This document shows positions 19,597 through 29,329 of a DNA stretch of 64,000 nucleotides, piece by piece. Below the pieces are notes generated by a model that ran no database searches, was not told where the DNA came from, and saw only the letters and a list, made by a program, of their open reading frames with translations. The position numbers and the translations under genes are program-made. The DNA comes from Chloroflexota bacterium (GTDB lineage: Bacteria > Chloroflexota > Dehalococcoidia > UBA2979), in NCBI GenBank assembly GCA_947479915.1, contig CANKAU010000007.1, forward strand, positions 16,190-80,189, written 5' to 3'. Each line of letters begins with the position of its first letter. Within the stretch, counting starts at the first letter, position 1.

Positions 19597-20099
19597 CCAC
19601 CCTCCCCACCGCGCTCGCGATCCTCGAGGGGACGCCGCGCGTGCTGCGCGCGATGGTGTACGGGGTGCCCGAGGCGATGCTGCTGCGCGTGCCGGAGAGC
19701 GGCGACGACAGCGGGTGGTGCGTGCGCGACGTCCTCGCGCACCTGCTAGTGAACGACCGGATCGCCCTCGAACGCTTTCGGCGCATCACGGTCGAGGATC
19801 ACCCGGCGATCGCCAACTTCGACGAGGAGGCGGTGCTCGCTGCCTCGGGCGCGCGGGAGCGGCCCATCGCCGCGCTCCTGGACGAGGTGGCGCGCGGGCG
19901 GCTGGAGCTGGTCACGTACCTCCACGGGCTGACCGAGGAGCAACTCCAGCGGGGTGGCGAGCACTCCGCCGTCGGCCCGATGCGCAGCATCGAACTGGTG
20001 CACCACCTCGCGTGGCACGACCTCAACCACATCCGGCAGGTCGCCACGCTGCTGGCCGAGCCGCTCCACGAACCTCGAGGCCCACTGCAGGCGTTCTGA
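19593..20099 (+). CDS. DinB-family protein
   Basis: GWCVRDVLAHL and WHDLNHIRQ metal-binding histidines. Confidence 0.88.
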   Translation: MTTLPTALAILEGTPRVLRAMVYGVPEAMLLRVPESGDDSGWCVRDVLAHLLVNDRIALERFRRITVEDHPAIANFDEEAVLAASGARERPIAALLDEVARGRLELVTYLHGLTEEQLQRGGEHSAVGPMRSIELVHHLAWHDLNHIRQVATLLAEPLHEPRGPLQAF

Positions 20100-20159
20100 C
20101 GCACGAGATGCGGGATCGAGGCGGCGATCGTGTGCCTCGATTGCTCTACCCTGCTCGCC

Positions 20160-20825
20160 ATGACCAGCGAACGACCGGCTACCGGCGCGACCCTCCTATC
20201 GACCTTTCGCCACGCCGCCCGCGTGCACGGCATGCTGGGCGAGAGCGAGCCGCTGAATCTCGACACCGCGTTCCGCGCGGTCCGCGACATGCCGTGGGCC
20301 GAGGCGAGCGACCTGCACCCCGAGACGGCGATCGGGGAGTGGCGCGGGACCGGGCGCGAGAAGCAGCTGCTGCTCGCCGCGATCCTCGACGCGCTCGGCT
20401 TCGAGACGGATCTGCTGGCGGTCACGCACGAGTTCGAGCCGGAGAGCGCGCCGTGGCTCCCGCCCGCGCTGATGGACGAGGTGCGCGCGGCGCCCGTACC
20501 GGACGTCCACCTGCTGCTGCGCGTGCAGACCAACCGCATGCTCGAAGAGTGGATGACGATGGACGCCACGTGGCCGCTGGCGCTCGGCGACCTCGGCCTG
20601 CCGGTGAACGACGGCGTCACACCCGGCCGCGACCACCGCCTCGCCTGCGATCCGGTCGAGGTCTACCACCTCCCGGACGTCGACGAGGACGAGGACGAGC
20701 CGGACGCGCTCTACGAGCTGATCGAGCGCATCCTGCGCGACCACGTGGGCGACGCGCCCGGCGCGTGGGAGCGGCGGCAGCGCTTCATGGGCGCGCTGGC
20801 GGAGTGGCTCGGCGCGCCTCGATAG
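20160..20825 (+). CDS. Transglutaminase-like fold hypothetical protein
   Basis: WRGTGREKQLLL, PDVH, MDATWP; leaderless start 7 nt after TACCCT. Confidence 0.6.
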   Translation: MTSERPATGATLLSTFRHAARVHGMLGESEPLNLDTAFRAVRDMPWAEASDLHPETAIGEWRGTGREKQLLLAAILDALGFETDLLAVTHEFEPESAPWLPPALMDEVRAAPVPDVHLLLRVQTNRMLEEWMTMDATWPLALGDLGLPVNDGVTPGRDHRLACDPVEVYHLPDVDEDEDEPDALYELIERILRDHVGDAPGAWERRQRFMGALAEWLGAPR

Positions 20826-20860
20826 GCCGTGCGGGTAGCGGTGCGCTAGACTTCGACGCC

Positions 20861-21193
20861 ATGAACCGCACGCAATCGATCCGCGCCACCCTGCTCTACT
20901 CACTGGCCGGCACCGCCGTCTGGATGGGCCTCCTGCTCTACTGGGAGCAGTACACGCCGCGCGACGCCGCGATCATCTCGCCGCTGATCTTCGTCATGTT
21001 CTTCTCGACGATGCTCGCCTCGAACCGCCTGTCGGCCGCGCTGGCACGTCGCCTCGACGCTCGTCGCGCGGCGAACGCGCCGCAGCGGGGCCCCGCGGTC
21101 GTGGAGGCCACAAGCGAGCGCGCGGAGCACAACCAGCGCCGCCGCGAGCGTCTCCGCGCCGAGCGCACTCGCGCCGACCGCCGCAAGCGTTAG
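20861..21193 (+). CDS. Small membrane protein with basic tail
   Basis: Two TM segments and an Arg-rich C-terminus; -10 TAGACT lies 8 nt upstream. Confidence 0.65.
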   Translation: MNRTQSIRATLLYSLAGTAVWMGLLLYWEQYTPRDAAIISPLIFVMFFSTMLASNRLSAALARRLDARRAANAPQRGPAVVEATSERAEHNQRRRERLRAERTRADRRKR

Positions 21194-21253
21194 CGCGAGC
21201 CGCTGCGCCGGGGACGAGCACCTCGGACGCACCTCGACCGCACGTGCTCGCCG

Positions 21254-22360
21254 CTACGCGCAGGCCTCGATGATCGCCTGGGCCATCTCCTCGGTGCGGA
21301 GTTGGACCACGAGCGGATCGTGCAGGCCGTTGGTGACGTACGCGACGGCGAGGCCGAGGGACGGGTCGGCGTAGGAGATCGTGCACTGCTGGCCGCTGTG
21401 CCCGAAGACGCCCGGCCGGTCGTACGGCGCGAACACCCCGCCCACGATCACCCCGAGGCCGTACGAGGACGGCAGGTGGCTGCTCAGGTCCATGTCCGTG
21501 CGGACGTGCACCCGCGTCATGTCCTCCACCGTCTCGGGACGCAGCAGACGCACCTCGCCGCGCTCCGGGAGCGTGAGCACGCCGCCCTGCTCCAGCATCG
21601 CGTAGAAACGCGCGAGCGCCTCCGCCGTGCCGATGCCGTTCGCCGCGGGCAGCTGTGCCGTGAGCATCTCGCGCGAGGCGAACAGCGCGGCGATGCGCGT
21701 CGTGCGGTGCTCGGAGCCCTCAGGATCCTCGAACGTCACGTCGGACATCGCGCGGGGTAGCGCGACGACGCTCGGGTCGTCGACGCCAAGCGTCGCGTCC
21801 ATGCTCAACGGCTCGAAGATCTCCTGCGCGAGGAAGTCGCGCGGCATGCGTCCGTCGACGCGCCGCATGACCTCGCCCAGTGCGAAGCCGTAGGTCAGCG
21901 GGTGGTAGCCGACGGCGGTGCCCGGCGGCCAGAGCGCGGGCAGCGCGGCCGTGGCCGCGGCGAGGGCGCCCCAGTCGCTGGCACGCTCCGGCGGGAAGTC
22001 CTGGGGAAAGACGGGGAAGCCGCCCTGGTGCGTGAGCACGTGCCGCACGGTGCACGCAGCCTTGCCGCCCGCGGCGAACTCCGGCCACACCTCGGCGATC
22101 GGCATGTCGAGGTCAAGCGCGCCCCGCTCGACGAGCATGTGGATCGCGACCGCGGTCACCGGCTTCGTCGCGGAGAACCACTCGAGTCGCATGCCCGGTA
22201 GGGCCGCGTCCCCCAACCGCAGGTCGAGCACGGGGAGGCCGTCGCGGTAGATCCCGAGCTGCGCGTCCGGATGCCACCCGCGCTCGAAGTGCGTGCGCGC
22301 CACCTCTTCGATGCGCGCGAGACCGGCCGCCGTCAGGCCTCGAGGTTCCCCGACAGCCAT
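21254..22360 (-). CDS. Serine hydrolase of the beta-lactamase family (EstA/EstB-like esterase)
   Basis: FSATK (SxxK), VLTHQGG, GYHPLTYG, FGHSG. Confidence 0.9.
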   Translation of the reverse strand: MAVGEPRGLTAAGLARIEEVARTHFERGWHPDAQLGIYRDGLPVLDLRLGDAALPGMRLEWFSATKPVTAVAIHMLVERGALDLDMPIAEVWPEFAAGGKAACTVRHVLTHQGGFPVFPQDFPPERASDWGALAAATAALPALWPPGTAVGYHPLTYGFALGEVMRRVDGRMPRDFLAQEIFEPLSMDATLGVDDPSVVALPRAMSDVTFEDPEGSEHRTTRIAALFASREMLTAQLPAANGIGTAEALARFYAMLEQGGVLTLPERGEVRLLRPETVEDMTRVHVRTDMDLSSHLPSSYGLGVIVGGVFAPYDRPGVFGHSGQQCTISYADPSLGLAVAYVTNGLHDPLVVQLRTEEMAQAIIEACA

Positions 22361-22372
22361 GGCTACCCCGAT

Positions 22373-23359
22373 CTAGGCGATCTGCAGGACGATCTTACCG
22401 AAGTTCGCGTTCGACTCCATGTAGGCGTGGGCCTCGGCAATCTCATCGAAGCCGAAGACGCGGTCGACCACGGGCTGTACCGTACCGTTCGCCAGCAGCG
22501 GCACGACCCGCTGCACGAACGTCTGCACCAGCGTGGCCTTCTCCTCCAGCGGACGGCTGCGGAGCATGGTGCCGCGCAGCGTCAGCCGCTTCGACTGGAT
22601 CGCGCCGATGCTCATCTGGTCGACGGTCCCGCCGCCCATGCTGCCGACGATGATCATGCGGCCCTTCATCGCCATGGACTTCATGTTCTGCGCCCAGTAC
22701 GGCGCGCCGATCACGTCCAGCAGCACGTCGACGCCCTTGCCGCCGGTCTCGCGCTCCACGACCTCGGCGAAGTCCTCCGTGTGGTAGTTGATGCCGACAT
22801 CCAGCCCCAGCGTCTTCGCGCGGTGCAGCTTCTCGTCCGACCCCGCCGTCCCGAACGTCCTCGAAGACTGCGCGCGCGCCATCTGGATCGCGGCGGTGCC
22901 CACGCCGGAGCCGGCCGCGTGGATGAGCACGGACTCGCCCATCTGCAGCCCGCACTGCACGAAGACGGCGTCGTACGCGGTGAGGAAGACCTCCGGCACG
23001 GCGGCCGCCTGCGCAAGGTCGAGGTTCGCGGGGACGGGCATCAGCATGCGCTCATGGACGGCGACCTTGGTCGCGTGCCCCATGCCGCTCAGGAGCGCCA
23101 TGACGCGATCGCCGGGCTTCCATCCGCTCACGCGCTCGCCGACGGCCTCGATCACCCCGGACATCTCCACCCCCGGGATGTCCGCGCGGACACCGGCGGG
23201 CACGGGGTAGTTGCCGCGCCGCTGGAGCAGGTCGAGGCGGTTCAGCGCGCTGGCGTGGACGGCGACCAGCACTTCCTCCGGACCGAAGCTCGGGTCAGCC
23301 ATCTCCTGCAGCTGCAGGACCTCCGGGCCACCCTTCTCAGTGATCACGGCTGCGCGCAT
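22373..23359 (-). CDS. NAD(P)H:quinone oxidoreductase (PIG3/zeta-crystallin MDR family)
   Basis: LNRLDLLQRRGNYP, PEVFLTAY, HAAGSGVGTAAIQ, NFGKIVL. Confidence 0.92.
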   Translation of the reverse strand: MRAAVITEKGGPEVLQLQEMADPSFGPEEVLVAVHASALNRLDLLQRRGNYPVPAGVRADIPGVEMSGVIEAVGERVSGWKPGDRVMALLSGMGHATKVAVHERMLMPVPANLDLAQAAAVPEVFLTAYDAVFVQCGLQMGESVLIHAAGSGVGTAAIQMARAQSSRTFGTAGSDEKLHRAKTLGLDVGINYHTEDFAEVVERETGGKGVDVLLDVIGAPYWAQNMKSMAMKGRMIIVGSMGGGTVDQMSIGAIQSKRLTLRGTMLRSRPLEEKATLVQTFVQRVVPLLANGTVQPVVDRVFGFDEIAEAHAYMESNANFGKIVLQIA

Positions 23360-23513
23360 GTCGTCATTCTCCCTGCGTATGGTGTGCGTTCGGCGCCGCG
23401 ATGGTATCGCCCCTCGAACGGCGTACGCCATCCGCGCGACGAGGGCGCCCCCGGTCGGTGCTAGGATCGGGCAGAACCCCAAGGCGGCTGACGCCACGGC
23501 GGAAGGCTCACTC

Positions 23514-26018
23514 ATGCCGGATCTGCGCGACTCGTTGCGGCTCACCGCCGACCAGGTGACCGCGGCCTGCGATCTGAGCTGGCTCCACTTCAACACGACC
23601 GAGGATCTCCCGGTGCTTGAGGCGGTCTTCGGGCAGGAGCGCGCGGTGCGCGCGATCGAGTTCGCCCTCGGCATGTCGGCCCCGGGCTACAACCTCTTCG
23701 CCTCTGGACCGGACGGCTTCGGCAAGACGACGATCGTGGAGTCGTTCCTGCGGCGCCGCGCCGCGCAGATGCCCGCCCCGCTGGACTGGGTGTACGTCCA
23801 CAACTTCAACGACCCCGATCGTCCCGTCGCGATCTCGCTGGCCCCCGGCAACGCCCACGCCTTCGCGCTCGCCGTCGAACGGGCCGTCGAGGCGGCCGGA
23901 CGCGAGTTGAGCTCGGTCTTCGACTCCGATTCCTACGCGCGCCGCCGACAGGAGCTCGCCGACGAGCTGGATCGCGCGCGCGGGGTGATCCTCGAGGCGC
24001 TCCAGCGCCAGGCCGAGACCATGGGCTTCGCGCTCCAGTTCGGGCAGGCGGGGATCGTCTCCGCGCCGCTGATCGATGGCCACCCCGCCAGCGAGGAAGC
24101 GTTCGCCGCGCTCCCCGAGGAGCGGCGCAACGCCATCCTCGAGCAGCGCCGCCAGCTGGAGCGCGTCGTGCAGGAGTCGCTGCTGCAGGTGCGCGGCCTA
24201 GAGCGCGAGGCCGGCGAGAAGGCCACGAAGCTGGACCAGGAGGTCGCGGGCTACGCGACCTCTCACCTCTTCGAGCCGCTGATCGAGACCTACGGCTCCG
24301 ACATCGAGATCCGCGAATTCCTCGAGGCGGTTTCCGAGGACATCCAGGCGCAGCGCGACCGCTTCCGCAACGCGGGCCAACCGCAGCCCGTGCTACCGGG
24401 GATGATGATGCCTTCGCAGACGCCCCAGCTGAACCGCTACGCGGTGAACGTGGTCGTGTCCAACGACCCCCAGCGCGGCGCGCCGGTCATCCGCGAGGCG
24501 AACCCGACCTACTACAACCTCCTCGGACGCATCGAGTACCAGGGCCAGTTCGGCACCGCCGTGACCGACCACACCATGGTGAAGCCCGGGTCGCTGGCAC
24601 GCGCCAACGGTGGCTACTTGGTCATCCGCCTGCGCGATCTTCTCGCGAACCCGCAGGCGCTGGACGGCCTGAAGCGCGCACTGTCCTCGCAACGCCTCGC
24701 CATCGAGAACATCGCCGAGGCGTTCGGGCTGGTGCCGACAACGGGCCTGCGGCCGGAGCCGCTGCCGCTCAACGTGAAGGTCGTGATCGTCGGCGACGGC
24801 TCGCTGTACGGGCTCCTGTACCGCTACGACCCGGACTTCCGCGATCTGTTCCGCGTGAAGGCCGACTTCGAGACCGACTTCCCGCGCTCGCAGGAGAATG
24901 TCCGCGGCGTGGCCAACGTGATCCGCGCGGAGTGCGAGCGTTCCAGCCTGCTCCCCTTCTCGCGAGACGCCATCGGCCGCCTGATCGAGCACTCCTCGAG
25001 GATGGTCGAGGATCAGCGGCGGCTCTCCGCGAACATGGCGGCGTTCCTCGACATCGTCCGGCAGGCAGACTACTGGGCGCGACAGGACGGCGCGAAGATC
25101 GTGGAGGGCAGGCACGTCGACCGCTCGCTGGACGAGCGCATCTACCGCTCCTCGCTGGTGCGCGAGCGGATCATCGATGCGATGAACGACGGCTCCCTCT
25201 ACGTGGCGACCGAGGGCGCCGTGGTCGGCCAGATCAACGCGCTGTCCGTGTACGACCTGGGCGACATCTCCTTCGGTCGGCCGTCACGCGTGACGTGCGT
25301 GGTGTCCGCCGGACGCGGCACGATCGTGATGGTCGAGCGCGAGAGCGAGATGGCCGGCCGCATCCACAACAAGGGCTTCCTCATCCTGCGCGGCTTCCTC
25401 GCGAACAGGTTCGGCCAGAACCGTGCGAGCTCGCTGCACGCCAGCCTCACGTTCGAGCAGCTCTACGGGGACATCGACGGCGACTCGGCCTCCTCCACGG
25501 AGCTGTACTCGCTGCTGTCGGCGCTGTCGGAGCAGCCGATCGACCAGCAGATCGCGGTCACGGGCTCGGTGGATCAACTGGGCCGCGTCCAGCCCATCGG
25601 CGGCGCGACCGCGAAGATCGAGGGCTTCTTCGACATCTGCTCCGCCCGCGGGCTCACCGGCCGCCACGGCGTGATGCTCCCCCGCACGAACGTGGAGACG
25701 GTGGTGCTGCGCCCGGACGTCGCGCAGGCGATCCGCGAAGGCAAGTTCCACATCTACGCGGCCGACACCATCGAAGAGGGCATCGAGGTGCTGACCGGCG
25801 TGCCCGCCGGGCACGAGCGCGGCGAGGACGGACGCTTCCCCGAGGGAACGATCTTCCGCATGGTCGAAGATCGCCTCGCGAAATTCGCCAGCGAGCTGGA
25901 AGTGCGCCCGAACGCGGGCGGAGCCGAGATGCAGCACGTGCCGCCCGCCCGCATGGAGCAGCGCACGCCGCCGGGCATCCCGCCCAGCCCGCCGCCCGAG
26001 CCGCCGGTCATCGTGTAG
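23514..26018 (+). CDS. LonC/YcbZ-type Lon-like protease (AAA-like module plus S16 domain)
   Basis: GQERAVRA, GPDGFGKTT, coiled-coil insertion, DGDSASSTEL (catalytic Ser), KIEGFF (catalytic Lys). Confidence 0.92.
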   Translation: MPDLRDSLRLTADQVTAACDLSWLHFNTTEDLPVLEAVFGQERAVRAIEFALGMSAPGYNLFASGPDGFGKTTIVESFLRRRAAQMPAPLDWVYVHNFNDPDRPVAISLAPGNAHAFALAVERAVEAAGRELSSVFDSDSYARRRQELADELDRARGVILEALQRQAETMGFALQFGQAGIVSAPLIDGHPASEEAFAALPEERRNAILEQRRQLERVVQESLLQVRGLEREAGEKATKLDQEVAGYATSHLFEPLIETYGSDIEIREFLEAVSEDIQAQRDRFRNAGQPQPVLPGMMMPSQTPQLNRYAVNVVVSNDPQRGAPVIREANPTYYNLLGRIEYQGQFGTAVTDHTMVKPGSLARANGGYLVIRLRDLLANPQALDGLKRALSSQRLAIENIAEAFGLVPTTGLRPEPLPLNVKVVIVGDGSLYGLLYRYDPDFRDLFRVKADFETDFPRSQENVRGVANVIRAECERSSLLPFSRDAIGRLIEHSSRMVEDQRRLSANMAAFLDIVRQADYWARQDGAKIVEGRHVDRSLDERIYRSSLVRERIIDAMNDGSLYVATEGAVVGQINALSVYDLGDISFGRPSRVTCVVSAGRGTIVMVERESEMAGRIHNKGFLILRGFLANRFGQNRASSLHASLTFEQLYGDIDGDSASSTELYSLLSALSEQPIDQQIAVTGSVDQLGRVQPIGGATAKIEGFFDICSARGLTGRHGVMLPRTNVETVVLRPDVAQAIREGKFHIYAADTIEEGIEVLTGVPAGHERGEDGRFPEGTIFRMVEDRLAKFASELEVRPNAGGAEMQHVPPARMEQRTPPGIPPSPPPEPPVIV

Positions 26019-26029
26019 ATGGCGTCCGG

Positions 26030-26605
26030 ATGACGATGTCCCCAGAGCGCGCCGGGCTGCCGCTGCTGACGCTGGACTTCGACGGTGTGATCTGCCGCCC
26101 GCCATTCGGGCGGAACGTCGGCATCCACCGCACGTTCCTCGACCCGGCCGCGCCGCCGCCCGAGGCAACGCAATACCCGCGCTGGCTGAACGACGCGCTG
26201 GACCACCTGCGCTTCGACCTGCGCGGCCCGATGCCCGGTGTCGCCGAGGCCCTCCGCGCACTACGCGAGGTGCGCCGCCTGACCATCGTCACCGGTCGCC
26301 GCAGCTCGCCGCGGTCGTGGTTGCGATGGCACGGCCTGGAGGGGTTCGTGGACGGGATCGTGGTGAACGACACAGCGCTGAAGAGCCCACACTTCAAGCT
26401 GCGCACGCTCGGCGCCCTGCACGCCGACGAGCACATCGACGACGACCCGAGGACGGCGCAACTGCTGGCGCAGGCATCCTCGACGCGAGTCTATCTCTGC
26501 GACTGGCCGCGCAATCGCGAACTGCATTACGACCCTCGCGTGGAACGCGTGGCCGACCTGCGCGCACTCGCGGAGCGGCTCAACGGCACCTCGACGGCGC
26601 ACTGA
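26030..26605 (+). CDS. HAD-superfamily hydrolase
   Basis: LDFDGV, IVTGR, K, HIDDD motifs. Confidence 0.8.
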   Translation: MTMSPERAGLPLLTLDFDGVICRPPFGRNVGIHRTFLDPAAPPPEATQYPRWLNDALDHLRFDLRGPMPGVAEALRALREVRRLTIVTGRRSSPRSWLRWHGLEGFVDGIVVNDTALKSPHFKLRTLGALHADEHIDDDPRTAQLLAQASSTRVYLCDWPRNRELHYDPRVERVADLRALAERLNGTSTAH

Positions 26606-26688
26606 ACTCGATCGGATCGAGCCGCGTGCGCATCGCGATGCGATCCAGGCGATGCGCGAAATTTCCTGCGCGGATCCCGTAGATGAAC

Positions 26689-26714
26689 GCAACCAATCCG
26701 CGCGATGATGCGTT
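26689..26714 (+). promoter_or_regulatory. Putative ECF-sigma promoter GCAACC-N16-CGTT
   Basis: Matches the general AAC...CGT architecture of ECF promoters; lies upstream of the KPAA small ORF. Confidence 0.45.
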
Positions 26715-26811
26715 GTGTTGAGCGTGACGATCACAGGGCCCTGCAGTCGTCACGACCACACCCACGGGGTGCCGCCCGCTCATCCGCGGCGGCTAGTCAA
26801 AGGAACCAACT

Positions 26812-26895
26812 TTGGCTGCGACGAAGAAGCCCGCCGCGAAGCCCGCGGCGAAGCCGGCTGCCAAGCCGGCCGCCAAGCCCGCGAAGAAGAAGTAA
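26812..26895 (+). CDS. 27-aa histone H1/AlgP-like KPAA-repeat peptide
   Basis: AAAGGA RBS, TTG start, MAATKKPAAKPAAKPAAKPAAKPAKKK-TAA, followed by a strong hairpin. Confidence 0.75.
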   Translation: MAATKKPAAKPAAKPAAKPAAKPAKKK

Positions 26896-26924
26896 CTCCT
26901 CTTCGCGCCGCACGGCGCATCACT

Positions 26925-26958
26925 CAACAAGGCCACCGGGACGCCGGTGGCCTTGTTG
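26925..26958. terminator. Intrinsic terminator, probably bidirectional
   Basis: Perfect 15-bp stem CAACAAGGCCACCGG-GACG-CCGGTGGCCTTGTTG between convergent genes. Confidence 0.8.
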
Positions 26959-26995
26959 CTTGTCCGAGGCCGTGCAGCGCGAAGAGCGGGCGCGG

Positions 26996-27808
26996 CTACT
27001 CGAGGAGGCCGACGCGGCGGAGCAGCGTCAGGCAGTCCTCCGGGGCGCCGGCCACGTACGGCGGCACCTGGATCGTCTGCGGCGAGAGTTCGATCTGCGT
27101 CCCCTCGATCGACATGAGGATGCCGCCGACGCCTTCGAGGACGGCGACGCCGCCGGACACGTCCCAGACCGAACGCGGCCCGGTGGAGAAGTAGACGTCC
27201 GTGTCCACGCCGGCGGCGTGCACCAGCTTCACGGCGGCGGAGCCGCACGGGTACACCTCGTACGGGATGCGGTACTGCAGGCGGCGGCGCTCGTAGTCGT
27301 TGCGCGAGACGACCACGCGCTCCACCACGCCGTCGTTCGGAAGCATCGCCATCGGCACGCCGTCGCGGCGGCTCTCCCGGCGCGTCGAGGTGACCAGACC
27401 GGAGAGCACCGTGCCGTCCCAGGGGAAGCCGACGCCCCCGAGCACCAGCCGGTCATCCACGTACAGCCCGACCGAGACGCCGTACTCCGGTAGCCCGCGC
27501 AGGAACTCGCGCGTCCCGTCCAGGGGGTCAATGACCCACGTCGCCTCGCCGCGGATCAGCGGGGCTTCCTCCTCGGACTCCTCGGAGAGCCACCGGGCAC
27601 CCTCGATGAGGGGCATGAGGCGCTCGTGCAGCACGCGGTCGGCGGCGTAGTCCGCCTCGGTGACGGGGCCGGCCTCACCCTTGCTCGCGACCTTCATCGA
27701 GGTCTGCGCCAGCACCGCGCGAATCGCCTCGTTCGCCGCGCGCACGGCATCCTCCAGCCCCTCACGCACGGCATCGAGGTCGATCGCATCGAGGCGGGAA
27801 GAGGTCAC
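26996..27808 (-). CDS. Inositol monophosphatase/CysQ-family phosphatase
   Basis: PVTEADY, LSEE, WVIDPLDGTREF, WDVSGG. Confidence 0.9.
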   Translation of the reverse strand: MTSSRLDAIDLDAVREGLEDAVRAANEAIRAVLAQTSMKVASKGEAGPVTEADYAADRVLHERLMPLIEGARWLSEESEEEAPLIRGEATWVIDPLDGTREFLRGLPEYGVSVGLYVDDRLVLGGVGFPWDGTVLSGLVTSTRRESRRDGVPMAMLPNDGVVERVVVSRNDYERRRLQYRIPYEVYPCGSAAVKLVHAAGVDTDVYFSTGPRSVWDVSGGVAVLEGVGGILMSIEGTQIELSPQTIQVPPYVAGAPEDCLTLLRRVGLLE

Positions 27809-27864
27809 GGGCGCTCCGATCTGCGGGCGTGCGGGCAGTTCACCGATGCTACACTCGCCCTGAC

Positions 27865-29319
27865 ATGCCGACGACCGCCAGCCCCGCCCTCATCGAGGCG
27901 CTCCAGCGCGCTGTCGGGTCGCAGCATGTCCTCCATGCGCCCGAGGACCTGATCGCCTACGAGTACGACGCGACGATCGACCGCGCGCGCCCGGACGCCG
28001 TGCTCTTCCCTGCCACCGCGGAGCAGGTTGCGGCCGTGGTCCGCGCGGCGAACCAGTACGACGTCCCGGTGATCCCTCGCGGCTCCGGCACCGGGCTGTC
28101 CGGTGGCACGGTGCCCGTGAAGGGCGGCGTGGTGGTCGCGCTGACGCGCATGAACCGCATCGTCGAGGTGGACGCAGTGAACCGCGTCGCCGTCGTGGAG
28201 CCGGGCGTCGTCAACCTGCAGCTGCAGGAGGCGCTCGCCCCGCTGCGGCTGGCATGGGCGCCCGACCCCTCCTCGCAGCGCATCTGCACCGTCGGCGGCA
28301 ACATCGCCAACAACTCAGGCGGCCCGCACACTCTCGCGCACGGCTCCACGGTGAACCACGTGCTCGGCCTCGAGGTCGTCGTCTCCGACGGACGCGTGAT
28401 CAACCTCGGTGGGCGCGTCCTGGACGCGCCGGGCATCGACCTGCGCGGGCTGTTCGTCGGGTCGGAGGGCACGCTCGGGATCGTGACGCAGGCGACGATT
28501 CGGCTCGTCCCCGCTGCACCCGACGTGCGCACCATGCTCGCGATCTTCGATAGCGTCGACGAGGCGTCCGCGGCCGTCTCCGCGATCATTCGCAACGGCG
28601 TGATCCCGGTGGCGCTGGAAATGCTCGACCAGGAGATCATCAAGCTCGTCGAACCGCGCATCCACGCCGGCTACCCGTTGGACGCCGGCGCCGTGCTGCT
28701 CATCGAGGTCGAAGGCCTCTCCGAGGGCGTCGCCGTCGAGGCGGACGCAGTCATCGAGGCCTGTCGGGCATGCGGCGCGCGCGAAGTTCGCTCGGCGGAC
28801 ACGCAGCCCGCGCGCGACAAGCTCTGGGAGGGCCGCAAGGTCGGCATCGGCGCGATCGGCGCGGCCGCGCCGGCCTTCTATCTCCTCGACGGCGTCGTGC
28901 CGCGCACGAAGCTGCCACAGGTCATGCGCCGCGTACTCGAGCTATCCGCGCAGTACGGCTTCAAGTGCGCCAACATCTTCCACGCCGGCGACGGCAACCT
29001 GCACCCGAACATCATGTTCGACCCGCAGGAGGAAGGCGCCACGCAGCGCGTCCTCGATCTCGGCGGCGAGATCATGCGGCTGTGCGTGGACGTCGGCGGG
29101 TCGATCACGGGCGAGCACGGGATCGGGCTTGAGAAGCGCTCCTACATGGAGTGGGTGTTCTCCCCGCCCGACCTCGCGGCGATGGAGCGCGTGCGCCTCG
29201 CCTTCGGCAGCGCCGACCGATTCAACCCCTGCAAGATCCTCCCCGGCGGCCACGGCTGTGCCACCGGCCACGCGGACGAGCTGGCCCGACACATCGCCAA
29301 GCCCGGGGTGTACATCTAG
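27865..29319 (+). CDS. glcD: Glycolate oxidase FAD subunit GlcD
   Basis: PRGSGTGLSGG, PDPSSQ, GSEGTLG, HAGDGNLHP, GEHGIGLEK. Confidence 0.9.
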   Translation: MPTTASPALIEALQRAVGSQHVLHAPEDLIAYEYDATIDRARPDAVLFPATAEQVAAVVRAANQYDVPVIPRGSGTGLSGGTVPVKGGVVVALTRMNRIVEVDAVNRVAVVEPGVVNLQLQEALAPLRLAWAPDPSSQRICTVGGNIANNSGGPHTLAHGSTVNHVLGLEVVVSDGRVINLGGRVLDAPGIDLRGLFVGSEGTLGIVTQATIRLVPAAPDVRTMLAIFDSVDEASAAVSAIIRNGVIPVALEMLDQEIIKLVEPRIHAGYPLDAGAVLLIEVEGLSEGVAVEADAVIEACRACGAREVRSADTQPARDKLWEGRKVGIGAIGAAAPAFYLLDGVVPRTKLPQVMRRVLELSAQYGFKCANIFHAGDGNLHPNIMFDPQEEGATQRVLDLGGEIMRLCVDVGGSITGEHGIGLEKRSYMEWVFSPPDLAAMERVRLAFGSADRFNPCKILPGGHGCATGHADELARHIAKPGVYI

Positions 29320-29329
29320 TGAGCGCACG

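Noticed and set aside
26821..26890. 12-bp tandem repeat considered as a VNTR or CRISPR-like array
   Set aside because: There are no spacers and the variation is at synonymous positions, so it is better explained as a coding KPAA repeat.
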